Shown here: in pieces, positions 1 through 12,756 of the stretch
Numbering within the stretch: position 1 is the first letter of the stretch
Layout of the letters: each line of letters begins with the position of its first letter
The notes under the pieces: model-generated
What the model saw: the letters and a program-made list of their open reading frames with translations, nothing else
Told to the model about the DNA's origin: nothing
Database searches by the model: none
Program-made: the position numbers and the translations under genes
Assembly (NCBI RefSeq): GCF_037042905.1
Contig: NC_087250.1
Coordinates: forward strand, 4,652,001 to 4,716,000
Source: Lytechinus pictus
Lineage: Eukaryota
DNA length: 64,000 bases
Direction: 5' to 3'

Positions 1-15
1 CATGAAGTAATATAT

Positions 16-319
16 ACCGTGTTTACACTTGATCGGCTTTTGGTATACACGCTGTTCCTGATGCAAAAACCTGAAATGATACGCACAACAACAATATACG
101 TCATAATAAAGACAACGCTGGATCCGTGCACTTACAATTACGTCACAATGGAAAAGTAAATAAAATGCGCACCAATTGCCGATGCAGAATCGGCTTTCTG
201 TTTACACGTAGTAAAAAAGCTGATGCAAGTTAATCGCGTTTACACGCTATGAAAAAGCCGATGCTGCATTGGCTCGCGGTTCAGAACCGATGCAAAAGCT
301 GATTAAGTGTAAACACGGT
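16..319. mobile_element. MITE
   Basis: TIRs accgtgtttacactt / aagtgtaaacacggt. Confidence 0.65.
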
Positions 320-354
320 AATAGTGAATTTCTACATCTTTTGCTTTTATCTAG

Positions 355-516
355 AGCTTCAAGTCAAGCCCAGCTACGAAACAGATAGAACTAGATCTCT
401 TGAGGACCCTACCGACGAACAGACACTACGAGAAGATGGAATCACAAGGGGTTCCCAAGTTACGAAGAGTTCTACTCGCCTACAGCGTTCACAACCCTGC
501 TATCGGATACTGCCAG
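355..516 (+). CDS. TBC1D2B: TBC1D2/TBC1D2B-like Rab-GAP, first exon visible in window (gene starts upstream)
   Basis: tag|...|gtaa boundaries. Encodes SFKSSPATKQIELDLLRTLPTNRHY...AYSVHNPAIGYCQ with the TBC IxxDxxR and YxQ catalytic fingers. Confidence 0.9.
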
Positions 517-1122
517 GTAACAGGCGACCTTTGATAAATTTGCAGAAGCTGTATTGAATGATTACCGTATGTATGTATTGTGCCTTCCCAAATGAAGAAA
601 AACCATGTCAGAAATTGTGGATTGATGTTAGAAAATTACAATACCATATAGATTTAGATTTTTTTTAAGATTTATTGATTTATTTCATTTCTTTTCTTTC
701 CATTTTTCACATACAAGTCAAAAATACATAAATACAATTACAAAAATGAACAAAAGTAACGACCTTACATTTGCAAAGATTGCGTATTTATACGAACAAA
801 ATACGATACTTATATCCTCATTTTATAAAACTTAACATTCTTAAAAGCATGAGTATTCGTGTGTATGTTAAAAAAAGAAAGGGGTGAAATTAAAAGAGAG
901 ACCAGCTGAGAAGCTAGGCTTGTTGGACGCTGATCTCTCGAATTTGTAAATAATGTAAATAACGTAATATAATGTAAACTTGTTAAGTGATCATTCGAAT
1001 CAAGGGAACATAAATAGTAGGAAAATCGCTGAACATAAGGATTTATCTTTGAGTATTTGCCTCATGAAATACTGCCCATAGCTCATCCAATATTTTGTGT
1101 TAATTGTTTGCTTTCAATTCAG

Positions 1123-1181
1123 GGATTAAACCGAGTTGCTGCCATTGCGTTGCTGTATCTTGAAGAGGAGGATGCATTCTG
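1123..1181 (+). CDS. TBC1D2B: TBC1D2B-like exon
   Basis: cag|GLNRVAAIALLYLEEEDAF(W)|gtgagt; phase matches both neighbours. Confidence 0.9.
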
Positions 1182-1257
1182 GTGAGTTGGCTGTAATCTG
1201 GGCCCCCGTAAACATGAGGCTTAGCGATTGATCATTGGGCCGATTTCTATGATTCCT

Positions 1258-1526
1258 GGGCCCCGTTGTACAAAGAGTTACAATTGATCCGATCAATCGT
1301 AACTCTATGGAAATCCATCAGTTTCATAATTTTTTCTACAGGATATTTGCAAAATGTCCTTTGTAATCAAAGAACACCCCAAATTGTCAAGAAATCAATG
1401 AATTTATGGATATGCATTCATATCTAGAATTTTTTTTGAACAAACATGCATTTCATATGTTGACTTTGCTGGCTTTCCATAGTTGCGATTGATCGGATCA
1501 ATCGTAACTCTTTGTACAACGGGGGC
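1258..1526. mobile_element. ~270-bp GGGCCC-ended MITE (Harbinger-like); other copies at about 3530-3771, 11977-12240, 14236-14508, 38657-38923
   Basis: Long TIRs gggccccgt..caaagagttacgattgatccgatc; CWG flanks on some copies. Confidence 0.8.
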
Positions 1527-2695
1527 ATTGATTATTGTGTATGATCAATCGTAGAAGTCAGCCCCATAAACAATCACTTAGCTTTATGTCACAAGCCCTG
1601 TTGAATGTTCATAGATGCCACTATCCAGACTTATAAACATATTTTGGCCATTAAAAACACATTTTACATGTACATGTATTAACAGGGTCATTCAAAATGG
1701 TGTTTTTCAGGGGTGTGAGAGTTCAGATTTCTATCTGATTTCAGATTTTTTTTGTTTTGATTTTCAGCTTAATTTCAGCTTATTTTTGGCCTTCCTCTGT
1801 AAAAAAGTATGGGAGCTCTTTCTATTTCAGACTTTTTCAACACTCTTCAGCTTTTTTCAGATCTTTTTATTTGTGACCACTCACACCCCTGGTTTTTGTT
1901 TTTCCCCCTTTTTGTTATTGGCATCCATGAATATACATTTACTGTGTTGTACATGTATTATTGTGTTATTGCAAATTTCACTACTAATTAACTGTTAACG
2001 TGTCCCTTTTTGCTACGCCTGTACAATGTACATGAAAACTCAATAATACCACAAGAATAAAATCATGGATTTCCAGTTTAAGGCCCGGTCCCACTTGCCG
2101 ACGGACACAAAACGTATTCATAACGGATACAGCCGTCTAGCAAAATTTTGGGGTGGCTCCATCCGTTTTCATCCGCTCCAGACAATGGACAAAATGGCTG
2201 AACAATGAAATCACAGTGGACGGATGCTCGAAGGATATAGAGCGTATGAAACACGTAATATGCAAAGAGTACACAATGGATACATAACGTTTTACAACGG
2301 ATGGCAAGATTCTTTTCCGTTTTACATCCTCGCTGCATCCGTACATGCAGTGGGACCAAGCCTTTAGTTGTAAAATTGCAAGGGACAGTAATATAATTAT
2401 GTGAAACATACATAAAATAAATGTGCAATTAAATTTTGAACATGTTCTAAATTTCTTTCAACAAAAAACTATTTGCAGCAACGAACACTACATGTATTTG
2501 CGAACTTTCTTGCAACCATTTACGAACCCTGGCGATATCGTCACATTTACCGCTAAGTGAGAACCCCCTTTTGGAATATTCAAATTGATTCTTGACTGTT
2601 TATACATTGTAATGTTATCTAGAAAACATTTTAATACTTTTTGTATGGGTGTTTGATCCCTGGTTTTCTATACATTTTAATGTATAGAATGTATA

Positions 2696-2974
2696 GTGGA
2701 GCGTTGTGGCCCAGTGGATTAGTCTTCGGACTTTGAAACAGAGGGTCGTGGGTTCGAATCCCAGCCATGGCGTAATTTCCTTCAGCAAGACACTGATCCA
2801 CACTGTGCTGCACTCAACCCAGGTGAGGTAAATGGGTACCGGTAGGAAGTAATTCCTTAAAAAGCTGTGTGCGCTATGAACGCCTAGCTTAGCCGGGTAA
2901 TATAGGAGCGCCTTGAGCACCTAACAAGGTGGATATGTGCGCAATATAAATACCCTATATTATATTATTATTAT
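2696..2974 (+). mobile_element. tRNA-derived SINE, family A
   Basis: A box tggcccagtgg, B box ggttcgaatccc, core cccaggtg..aaatgggtacc, (tta)n tail; near-identical copy at 42597. Confidence 0.85.
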
Positions 2975-3004
2975 CAAGAAGACATTCTAATATTGTTTGT
3001 ATAG

Positions 3005-3148
3005 GTGCTTGATTGCCATTGTAGAGTACATCATGCCAATGGATTACTACAGCAAGACATTGATTGGATCACAGACCGACCAGAGAGTCTTCCGAGAGCT
3101 TCTGGCAGAGAAAATCCCAAGACTCCACGCCCATTTCGAAGAGTACTC
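3005..3148 (+). CDS. TBC1D2B: TBC1D2B-like exon
   Basis: tag|CLIAIVEYIMPMDYYSKTLIGSQTDQRVFRELLAEKIPRLHAHFEEY|gtacgt; phase 2 to 2. Confidence 0.9.
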
Positions 3149-4974
3149 GTACGTATTGGTCAAAGATCGACCACCCTCCCCCCCCCCCCCTCCTCCTGTT
3201 ACAAACTTGATCATTTTCCTCAAGTCTTTCTGACAGAGTCTGATTTTATAGACTAAGTTAGGGCAGTCTTTGTGTTATGGTAATCAGGGGGGGGGGAGGT
3301 GTTTCATGAAAGTTTTTTTTGTCTTTTGTATTTATATGTTTTATTGGGTCAACACAGACCAAGTATAAACAAAAATAACAAATCAAACATAATTAAACTA
3401 TTTCATGAAAGTTGTCAGCACTGACTAAATCACAGCGCTGACAATTTCAGTGAAATCCTTGGTTTTGATTGGCTGACAGGCTCTGTCCCCTGACTGTTTC
3501 TATGGTAACTGTCATGGAACGTTCCCCAGGGCCCCCGTCTTACAAAGAGTTAAGATTGATCTGATCATCTTAAACTATAGGGAAATCCAACATTGTCATA
3601 ATTTTTTTTCTCCAGGAAATTTGCATGCTGTCCCTTGTAAACAAAGAGAAGCACACTAAATTTTCAAGAAAACAATGAATGTATGATTCTACATCACATC
3701 TAGAAAACATTTTGAATAGTTGTACAATGTAGTTGATTGGTTCAATCGTAACTCTTTATAAGACGGGGCCCTACTCTGTAATGAAGCGAACTATTCCAAA
3801 GTGGAACTACATGAAACAAGAACAGTAATTCTCTAAATTTCAGATACTTTCTTTCGGGATTTTAATTTTCAATACTGAATTCTGAAAAATCATTCATATA
3901 CTCTTAGAAATTATGTCGAGTAATCATTATTTGTTTTGTTCATTTTAATTTGTTATTTCAGGATAGATTTGTCATTGGTCACTTTCTTGGGGGATATTAA
4001 TTTTCTATACTGAATACTGAAAAGCAATTGATATACTCTTACATGTAGACATTATGTTGAGTAAAACATTATTTGTTTTATTCTGTTTAATATGTTATTT
4101 TAGGATAGATATGTATTTGGTCACTTTATTGCATGATTTTATTTTTCAATACTGAAAAATCATTGATATACTCTTAGAAATTATGTTACATAAAACATTA
4201 TTTGTTTTATTATTTTCAATTTGTTAGTTCAGGATAGATCTGTCATTGGTCACTTTCTTGGGGGATTTTAATTTTCAGTACTGGAATTTGTTTTATTATA
4301 TTTACTTTATTATTTCAGGATAGATTTGTCATTGGTCACTTTCTTGGGGGATATTAATTTTCTATATTGAATACTGAAAAGCCATTGATATACTCTTACA
4401 TGAAGAAATTATGTTGAGTAAAACATTATTTGTTTTATTCTGTTTAATACATATATGTTGTTTCAGGATGGATCTGTCTTTGGTCACTTTCTTTCTGGAC
4501 TTTATTTTTCAATACTGAATACTGAAAAATTATTGATAAAATCTTATAAGTATGTTTAGTAAACATTATTTTTTAATTCTTTTTAATTTGTTATTATAGG
4601 ATAGATCTGTTATTCGTCATTTTTGGGGGGGATTTTAATTTAAATACTGAATACTGAAAAATCATTCACATACTCTTAGAAATTATGTTGAGTGAAACAT
4701 TATTTGTTTTATAATTTTTAATTTGTAATTTCAGGATAGACTTGTCATTGGTCACTTTCTTGGGGGATTTTAATTTTCAATACTGAAAAAAAAACTTGAT
4801 ATTCTCTGAGAAATTGTGTTGAGTGAAACATTATTTGTTTTATTATTTTTAATTTGTAATTTCAGGATAGACCTGTCATTGGTCACTTTCTTGGGGATTT
4901 TGATTTTCAGTAATGAATACTGAAAAAAAATCATTGACATACTCTTAGAAATTATGTTGAGTGAAATATTATTT

Positions 4975-5141
4975 AGAAAGTCAAAAAGGGGCCTAAGCTT
5001 TCGATCCTACATGTAGCAGAATCTTCGTCGGAGGCGAAGATTCTGCTAGGATCGAAAGCTTAGGCCCCTTTTTGACTTTCTAATTTACTCCATTGGCTCT
5101 CTTTTATTAGATAAGCAGTTTTCAGCAGCTTCTTTTTGCCA
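4975..5141. mobile_element. Penelope-like inverted terminal-repeat fragment with degenerate hammerhead
   Basis: Hairpin at about 4975-5083; tgaaatattattt duplicated on both sides; minus strand reads ccgacga..gaaagctta. Confidence 0.55.
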
Positions 5142-6328
5142 TTGAAATATTATTTGTCTTATTATTATTAATTTGTAATTTCAGGATTTACCTGTCATTG
5201 GTCACTTTCTTGGGGGATTTTAATTTTTAATACTGAAAAAAAAATTGATATTCTCTGAGAAATTATGTTAAGTAAAACATTATTTGTTTTATTATTTTCA
5301 ATTTGTTAGTTCAGGATAAATCTGTCATTGGTCACTTTCTTGGGGGATTTTAATTTTCAGTACTGGAATTTGATTTATTATATTTACTTTATTATTTCAG
5401 GATAGATTTGTCATTGGTCACTTTCTTGGGGGATATTAATTTTCTATACTGAATACTGAAAAGCCATTGATATACTCTTACATGACGAAATTATGTTGAG
5501 TTAAACATTATTTGTTTTATTCTGTTTAATACATAAATGTTATTTCAGGATGGATCTGTCTTTGGTCACTTTCTTTTTTTCATTTTATTTTTCAATACTG
5601 AATACTGAAAAATTATTGATAAAATCTTATAAGTATGTTTAGTAAACATTATTTTGTATTCTTTTTAATTTGTTATTATAGGATAGATCTGTTATTCGTC
5701 ATTTTCTTGGGGGATTTTAATTTAAATACTGAATACTGAAAAATCATTCACATACTCTTAGAAATTATGTTGAGTGAAACATTATTTGTTTTATTATTTT
5801 TAAATTGTAATTTCTGGATAGACCTGTCATTGGTCACTTTCTTGGGGATTTTGATTTTCAATAATGAATACTGAAAAAAAACTTGATATTCTCTGAGAAA
5901 TTGTGTTGAGTAAAACATTATTTGTTTTATCATTTTTAATTTGTAATTTCAGGATAGACCTGTCATTGGTCACTTTCTTGGGGATTTTGATTTTCAATAA
6001 TGAATACTGAAAAAAATCATTGACATACTCTTAGAAATTATTTTAAGTAAAACATTATTTGTTTTATTCTTTTCAATTTGTTATTTCAGGATAGACCCGT
6101 CATTGGTCACTTTCTTGGGGGATTTTAATTTTCAATACTGAATAAAAAATTGATATTCTCTGAGAAATTGTGTTGAGTAAAACATTATTTGTTTTATTAT
6201 TTTTAATTTGTAATTTCAGGATAGACCTGTCATTGGTCACTCTCTTGGGGGATTTTAATTTTCAATACTGAAAAAAAACTTGATATTCTCTGAGAAATTG
6301 TGTTGAGTAAAACATTATTTGTTTTATT

Positions 6329-7274
6329 GTCTCACCTGCATAGCAGAGTGAGACTATAGGCGCCGCTTTTCCGACGGCGGCGGCGGCGTCAACACCAAAT
6401 CTTAACCTGAGGTTAAGTTTTTGAAATGACAGCATAACTTACAAAGTATATGGACCTAGTTCATGAAACTTGGCCATAAGGTTAATCAAGTATTACTGAA
6501 CATCCTGCCTGAGTTTCATGTCACATGACCAAGGTCAAAGGTCATTTAGGGTCAATGAACTTAGACCATGTTGGGGGAATCAACATCAAAATCTTAACCT
6601 AAGGTTAAGTTTTTGAAATGTCATCATAACTTAGAAAATATATGGACCTAGTTCATGAAACTTATACATAAGGTTAATCAAGTATCACTGAACATCCTGC
6701 ATGAGTTTCACGTCACATGACCAAGGTCAAAGGTCATTTAGGGTCAATGAACTTTGGCCGAATTGGGGGTATCTCTTGAATTACCATCATAACTTTGAAA
6801 GTTTATGGATCTGATTCATGAAACTTGGACATAATAGTAATCAAGTATTACTGAACATCCTGTGCAAGTTTCAGGTCACATGATCAAGGTCAAAGGTCAT
6901 TTAGGGTCAATGAACTTTGGCCAAATTGGGGTATTTGTTGAATTACAGCCATAAATTTGAAAGTGTGTTGGTCTAGTTCATAAAACTTGGACATAATAGT
7001 AATCAAGTATCACTGAACATCCTGTGCGAGTTTCAGGTCACATGATCAAGGTCAAAGGTCATGTAAGGTCAAAGAACTTTGGCCACGTTGGGGGTATTTG
7101 TTGAATTGCCATCATATCTCTATAAGTGTATTGGTCTAGTTCATAAAACGTGGAAATAAGAGTAACCAAGTATCACTGAACATCTTGTGCGAGTTATAGT
7201 AGTTTTCAAAATCAGCACTGCTGCTATATTGAATCGCGTGATGCAGGTGAGACGGCCAGAGGCATTCCACTTGT
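6329..7274 (+). mobile_element. Helentron-associated (HINE/DINE/Tsp-like) non-autonomous element, copy 1
   Basis: 5' subTIR gtctcacctgc with nearby IR gtgagac; 3' gcaggtgagac; internal 160-190 bp repeats; sits in a T-rich site without TSD. Confidence 0.75.
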
Positions 7275-7672
7275 TATTTTTTATTTGTAATTTCAGGATA
7301 GACCTGTCATTGGTCACTTTCTTGGGGATTTTGATTTTCAATAATGAATACTGAAAAAAATCATTGACATACTCTTAGAAATTATTTTAAGTAAAACATT
7401 ATTTGTTTTATTCTTTTCAATTTGTTATTTCAGGATAGACCCGTCATTGGTCACTTTCTTGGGGGATTTTAATTTTCAATACTGAATAAAAAATTGATAT
7501 TCTCTGAGAAATTGTGTTGAGTAAAACATTATTTGTTTTATTATTTTTAATTTGTAATTTCAGGATAGACCTGTCATTGGTCACTCTCTTGGGGGATTTT
7601 AATTTTCAATACTGAAAAAAAACTTGATATTCTCTGAGAAATTGTGTTGAGTAAAACATTATTTGTTTTATT

Positions 7673-8618
7673 GTCTCACCTGCATAGCAGAGTGAGACTA
7701 TAGGCGCCGCTTTTCCGACGGCGGCGGCGGCGTCAACACCAAATCTTAACCTGAGGTTAAGTTTTTGAAATGACAGCATAACTTACAAAGTATATGGACC
7801 TAGTTCATGAAACTTGGCCATAAGGTTAATCAAGTATTACTGAACATCCTGCCTGAGTTTCATGTCACATGACCAAGGTCAAAGGTCATTTAGGGTCAAT
7901 GAACTTAGACCATGTTGGGGGAATCAACATCAAAATCTTAACCTAAGGTTAAGTTTTTGAAATGTCATCATAACTTAGAAAATATATGGACCTAGTTCAT
8001 GAAACTTATACATAAGGTTAATCAAGTATCACTGAACATCCTGCATGAGTTTCACGTCACATGACCAAGGTCAAAGGTCATTTAGGGTCAATGAACTTTG
8101 GCCGAATTGGGGGTATCTCTTGAATTACCATCATAACTTTGAAAGTTTATGGATCTGATTCATGAAACTTGGACATAATAGTAATCAAGTATTACTGAAC
8201 ATCCTGTGCAAGTTTCAGGTCACATGATCAAGGTCAAAGGTCATTTAGGGTCAATGAACTTTGGCCAAATTGGGGTATTTGTTGAATTACAGCCATAAAT
8301 TTGAAAGTGTGTTGGTCTAGTTCATAAAACTTGGACATAATAGTAATCAAGTATCACTGAACATCCTGTGCGAGTTTCAGGTCACATGATCAAGGTCAAA
8401 GGTCATGTAAGGTCAAAGAACTTTGGCCACGTTGGGGGTATTTGTTGAATTGCCATCATATCTCTATAAGTGTATTGGTCTAGTTCATAAAACGTGGAAA
8501 TAAGAGTAACCAAGTATCACTGAACATCTTGTGCGAGTTATAGTAGTTTTCAAAATCAGCACTGCTGCTATATTGAATCGCGTGATGCAGGTGAGACGGC
8601 CAGAGGCATTCCACTTGT
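7673..8618 (+). mobile_element. Helentron-associated element, copy 2
   Basis: Apparently identical to copy 1, offset 1344. Confidence 0.75.
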
Positions 8619-9018
8619 TATTTTTTATTTGTAATTTCAGGATAGACCTGTCATTGGTCACTTTCTTGGGGATTTTGATTTTCAATAATGAATACTGAAA
8701 AAAATCATTGACATACTCTTAGAAATTATTTTAAGTAAAACATTATTTGTTTTATTCTTTTCAATTTGTTATTTCAGGATAGACCCGTCATTGGTCACTT
8801 TCTTGGGGGATTTTAATTTTCAATACTGAATAAAAAATTGATATTCTCTGAGAAATTGTGTTGAGTAAAACATTATTTGTTTTATTATTTTTAATTTGTA
8901 ATTTCAGGATAGACCTGTCATTGGTCACTCTCTCTTGGGGGATTTTAATTTTCAATACTGAAAAAAAACTTGATATTCTCTGAGAAATTGTGTTGAGTAA
9001 AACATTATTTGTTTTATT

Positions 9019-9964
9019 GTCTCACCTGCATAGCAGAGTGAGACTATAGGCGCCGCTTTTCCGACGGCGGCGGCGGCGTCAACACCAAATCTTAACCTGA
9101 GGTTAAGTTTTTGAAATGACAGCATAACTTACAAAGTATATGGACCTAGTTCATGAAACTTGGCCATAAGGTTAATCAAGTATTACTGAACATCCTGCCT
9201 GAGTTTCATGTCACATGACCAAGGTCAAAGGTCATTTAGGGTCAATGAACTTAGACCATGTTGGGGGAATCAACATCAAAATCTTAACCTAAGGTTAAGT
9301 TTTTGAAATGTCATCATAACTTAGAAAATATATGGACCTAGTTCATGAAACTTATACATAAGGTTAATCAAGTATCACTGAACATCCTGCATGAGTTTCA
9401 CGTCACATGACCAAGGTCAAAGGTCATTTAGGGTCAATGAACTTTGGCCGAATTGGGGGTATCTCTTGAATTACCATCATAACTTTGAAAGTTTATGGAT
9501 CTGATTCATGAAACTTGGACATAATAGTAATCAAGTATTACTGAACATCCTGTGCAAGTTTCAGGTCACATGATCAAGGTCAAAGGTCATTTAGGGTCAA
9601 TGAACTTTGGCCAAATTGGGGTATTTGTTGAATTACAGCCATAAATTTGAAAGTGTGTTGGTCTAGTTCATAAAACTTGGACATAATAGTAATCAAGTAT
9701 CACTGAACATCCTGTGCGAGTTTCAGGTCACATGATCAAGGTCAAAGGTCATGTAAGGTCAAAGAACTTTGGCCACGTTGGGGGTATTTGTTGAATTGCC
9801 ATCATATCTCTATAAGTGTATTGGTCTAGTTCATAAAACGTGGAAATAAGAGTAACCAAGTATCACTGAACATCTTGTGCGAGTTATAGTAGTTTTCAAA
9901 ATCAGCACTGCTGCTATATTGAATCGCGTGATGCAGGTGAGACGGCCAGAGGCATTCCACTTGT
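9019..9964 (+). mobile_element. Helentron-associated element, copy 3
   Basis: Apparently identical to copy 2, offset 1346. Confidence 0.75.
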
Positions 9965-10477
9965 TATTTTTTATTTGTAATTTCAGGATAGACCTGTCAT
10001 TGGTCACTTTCTTGGGGATTTTGATTTTCAATAATGAATACTGAAAAAAATCATTGACATACTCTTAGAAATTATTTTAAGTAAAACATTATTTGTTTTA
10101 TTCTTTTCAATTTGTTATTTCAGGATAGACCCGTCATTGGTCACTTTCTTGGGGATTTTAATTTTCAATACTGAATAAAAAATTGATATTCTCTGAGAAA
10201 TTATGTTAAGTAAAACATTATTTGTTTTATTATTTTTTATTTGTAATTTCAGGATAGACCTGTCATTGGTCACTTTCTTGGGGATTTTGATTTTCAATAA
10301 TGAATACTGAAAAAAAATCATTGACATACTCTTAGAAATTATGTTAAGTAAAACATTATTTGTTCTATTCTTTTCAATTTGTTATTTCAGGATAGACCCG
10401 TCATTGGTCACTTTCTTGGGGGATTTTAATTTTCAATACTGAATAAAAAATTGATATTCTCTGAGAAATTATGTTAA

Positions 10478-11063
10478 AGGAGAATGAAACTCTTGGAGCA
10501 AGTTAGCTTTTGTGAAAGCAAAAAAATCAAAGAATAAGATCAACAAAAGTTTGAGTAAAATAGGACGAGCAATAGAAGAGTTATGAGCATTTGAATGTCG
10601 AGATCACTAATGCTATGGAGATTCTCCCATTGGCAATGCGACCAAGATCTACGATGTCACAGATGAACAACTCTCCCCTTTTGGACACTGAAAATATACC
10701 CCAAAACATCTCTTTTTTCTCATTCTAATCATATGACAAACGATTCATCAATTATATAATGTTGTGAAACCTCTGCACTTGTCCTCTCATATAAAGAGAA
10801 CACCTCACCTTGTGATAGACTCTATAAAAGTGAGAATATAAGTGAAATAAGTACTAAAGTAATGAGGGAGTTGTACGTGTGTGACATCACAGATCTTGGT
10901 CGCATTGCCAATGGGAAGATCTACATGGCATTAGTGATCTCAATATTCAAATGCTCATAACTTTCTTATTATTCATTCAATCTTCCTCAAACTTTCAACA
11001 ATATGTTTCATTGATTTTTCTCTTTGATATGGATTCAGCTGGTTTCAAGGGTTTCATTCTCCT
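10478..11063. mobile_element. TTAA-TSD MITE with AGG termini (Kolobok-like)
   Basis: ttaa|aggagaatgaaac...gtttcattctcct|ttaa; the empty site atgttaagta is seen in other array units. Confidence 0.85.
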
Positions 11064-11098
11064 TTAAGTAAAACATTATTTGTTTTACGTTATTTTAG

Positions 11099-11345
11099 GA
11101 TAGATCTGTCATTGGTCACTTTCAACTGGTTTGTCACCTGTTTCTGTGATAACATCCCTGCCGAGACCATGCTACGGATCTGGGACACCTTCCTGTCGGA
11201 AGGGAACAAGGTCCTCTTCCGCTACTCGCTGGCAGCGTTCAAGTTCTTTGAAGAGGAGCTGCTGAAACAGAACGACTATCTGAGGATCTTTGCCTTCCTG
11301 CGTCGAATGCCGGAGATGTTGACGGATGTCCAGAGACTAACCCAG
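11099..11345 (+). CDS. TBC1D2B: TBC1D2B-like exon
   Basis: tag|IDLSLVTFNWFVTCFCDNIPAETMLRIWDTFLSEGNKVLFRY...RLTQ|gtatcc; contains the TBC RIWD motif. Confidence 0.92.
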
Positions 11346-11357
11346 GTATCCAAATGT

Positions 11358-11525
11358 TGATGATGGTGATGATGGTGATGATGATGGTGATGATGAGGGA
11401 GATGATGATGATGATGGTGATGATGATGGTGATGATGATGATGGTGATGGTGATGATGATGGTGATGATGATGAAGAAGATGATGATGATGATGATGATG
11501 GTGACGGTGATGATGATGATGATGA
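11358..11525. repeat. (GAT/GGT)n microsatellite
   Basis: Direct reading. Confidence 0.95.
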
Positions 11526-11618
11526 CAGAAATAGAAATCCTCAAAAAATTCATTTTACCCAATTGATAGTATTTGAAATGCTAGCATCAATCAATGATGT
11601 TATTTTGGTTTCTATCAG

Positions 11619-11696
11619 ATTGCTTTTGATGAGCTGAATCCGTTTCCAAGGAGACATATCAACAACAAGAGAACCATTCATAGAGCACACGTCAAG
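11619..11696 (+). CDS. TBC1D2B: TBC1D2B-like exon
   Basis: cag|IAFDELNPFPRRHINNKRTIHRAHVK|gtgagt; resembles the IAFxxLNPFP segment of TBC1D2B as recalled. Confidence 0.88.
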
Positions 11697-12756
11697 GTGA
11701 GTCACGGAGCAGGTTTCACAAAACTGTGAGTTACAAATGACATTAGTGACTTTACAAATGTCTTAATACCCCTTATGTGCTATGATATATCCCTATACAG
11801 CTGACTACCTAAGAACATGTTTCAGTCATACATGTATGTAAAGTCGTGCTTAACTTTATGAACTGTTTTGTGAAACACCCGCCAGGGCCCTGTGACTTAA
11901 AACTTAGAGATTGATCAAGGGGCTGATTTCACGATTGATAACATTGATTAATGTGTATGATCGATTGTAGAAATCAGGGGCCCGTCTTGCAAAAAGTTGC
12001 GTTTGATCCGATCAATCGCAACTATGGAAAGCCAGCAAAGTCAACATATGAAATGCAAAAAAAAATCTAGATATAAATGTGTGTCCATAAATTCATTGAT
12101 TTCTTTACAATTTGGTGTGTTCTCCTTTGTTTACAAAAAGACATTTTGCAAATGTTCTGTAGAAAAAATTATGACACGGGTGGATTTCCATAGAGTTACG
12201 ATTGATTGGATCAATCGTAACTCTTTGTAAGACAGGGCCCAGTTCTATGATCAATTACGTTTAAGTTGATGTTATAGGGCCCTGCTTGTTGTTACACTAT
12301 TTAAGGAGGGAATTAACCTTGGACGGTTTCTCATATAAGTGATATCAATAATTTCATTTCATTTCGTTTAATTCAACAGTTGTACTGAAAATTGTCAAGT
12401 TATTTCCTATTGATTGTTTGTCATTAGATCTGTCATTTTTTATTGAAAAAGCTAAAAGACAATGAGAAAAATTTTGGTTTGAAATAATAATGAATTATGA
12501 GTTTACATTTATTTCCAATGATTTCTTTGATAAATTCTTTTTTTATGAATGGTAAATAAGTAATGATGAAGAGAACCGACTACCGTAAAAGGAGAGTTTA
12601 TCTAGGATGCAATATGTTGATGTGTAGTCTCATAATTCATACTCCATACAATGATGAATAATTCCTTTCTATTGATAATCTTTACAATATCCATACCATA
12701 TTATTTTCAAAGAAACTATGGTTTAATGTGCTTCCAGTCATTCTTTCTTTTAATCA

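Larger units (their letters stand above)
3840..11098 (+). repeat. Intronic tandem array (~130-140 bp units) made of the exon-11099 acceptor and exon start, with a 1344/1346-bp higher-order repeat x3
   Basis: About 27 copies of ...tttcagGATAGA(T/C)CTGTCATTGGTCACTTTC counted by eye. Confidence 0.92.

Noticed and set aside
2696..2772. tRNA genes here and at 33345, 35736, 42597
   Set aside because: No proper acceptor stem or T-run terminator; followed by SINE bodies and simple-repeat tails.
3840..10470. CRISPR-like repeat/spacer array
   Set aside because: The spacers are themselves homologous, the context is a eukaryotic intron, and there are no cas genes.
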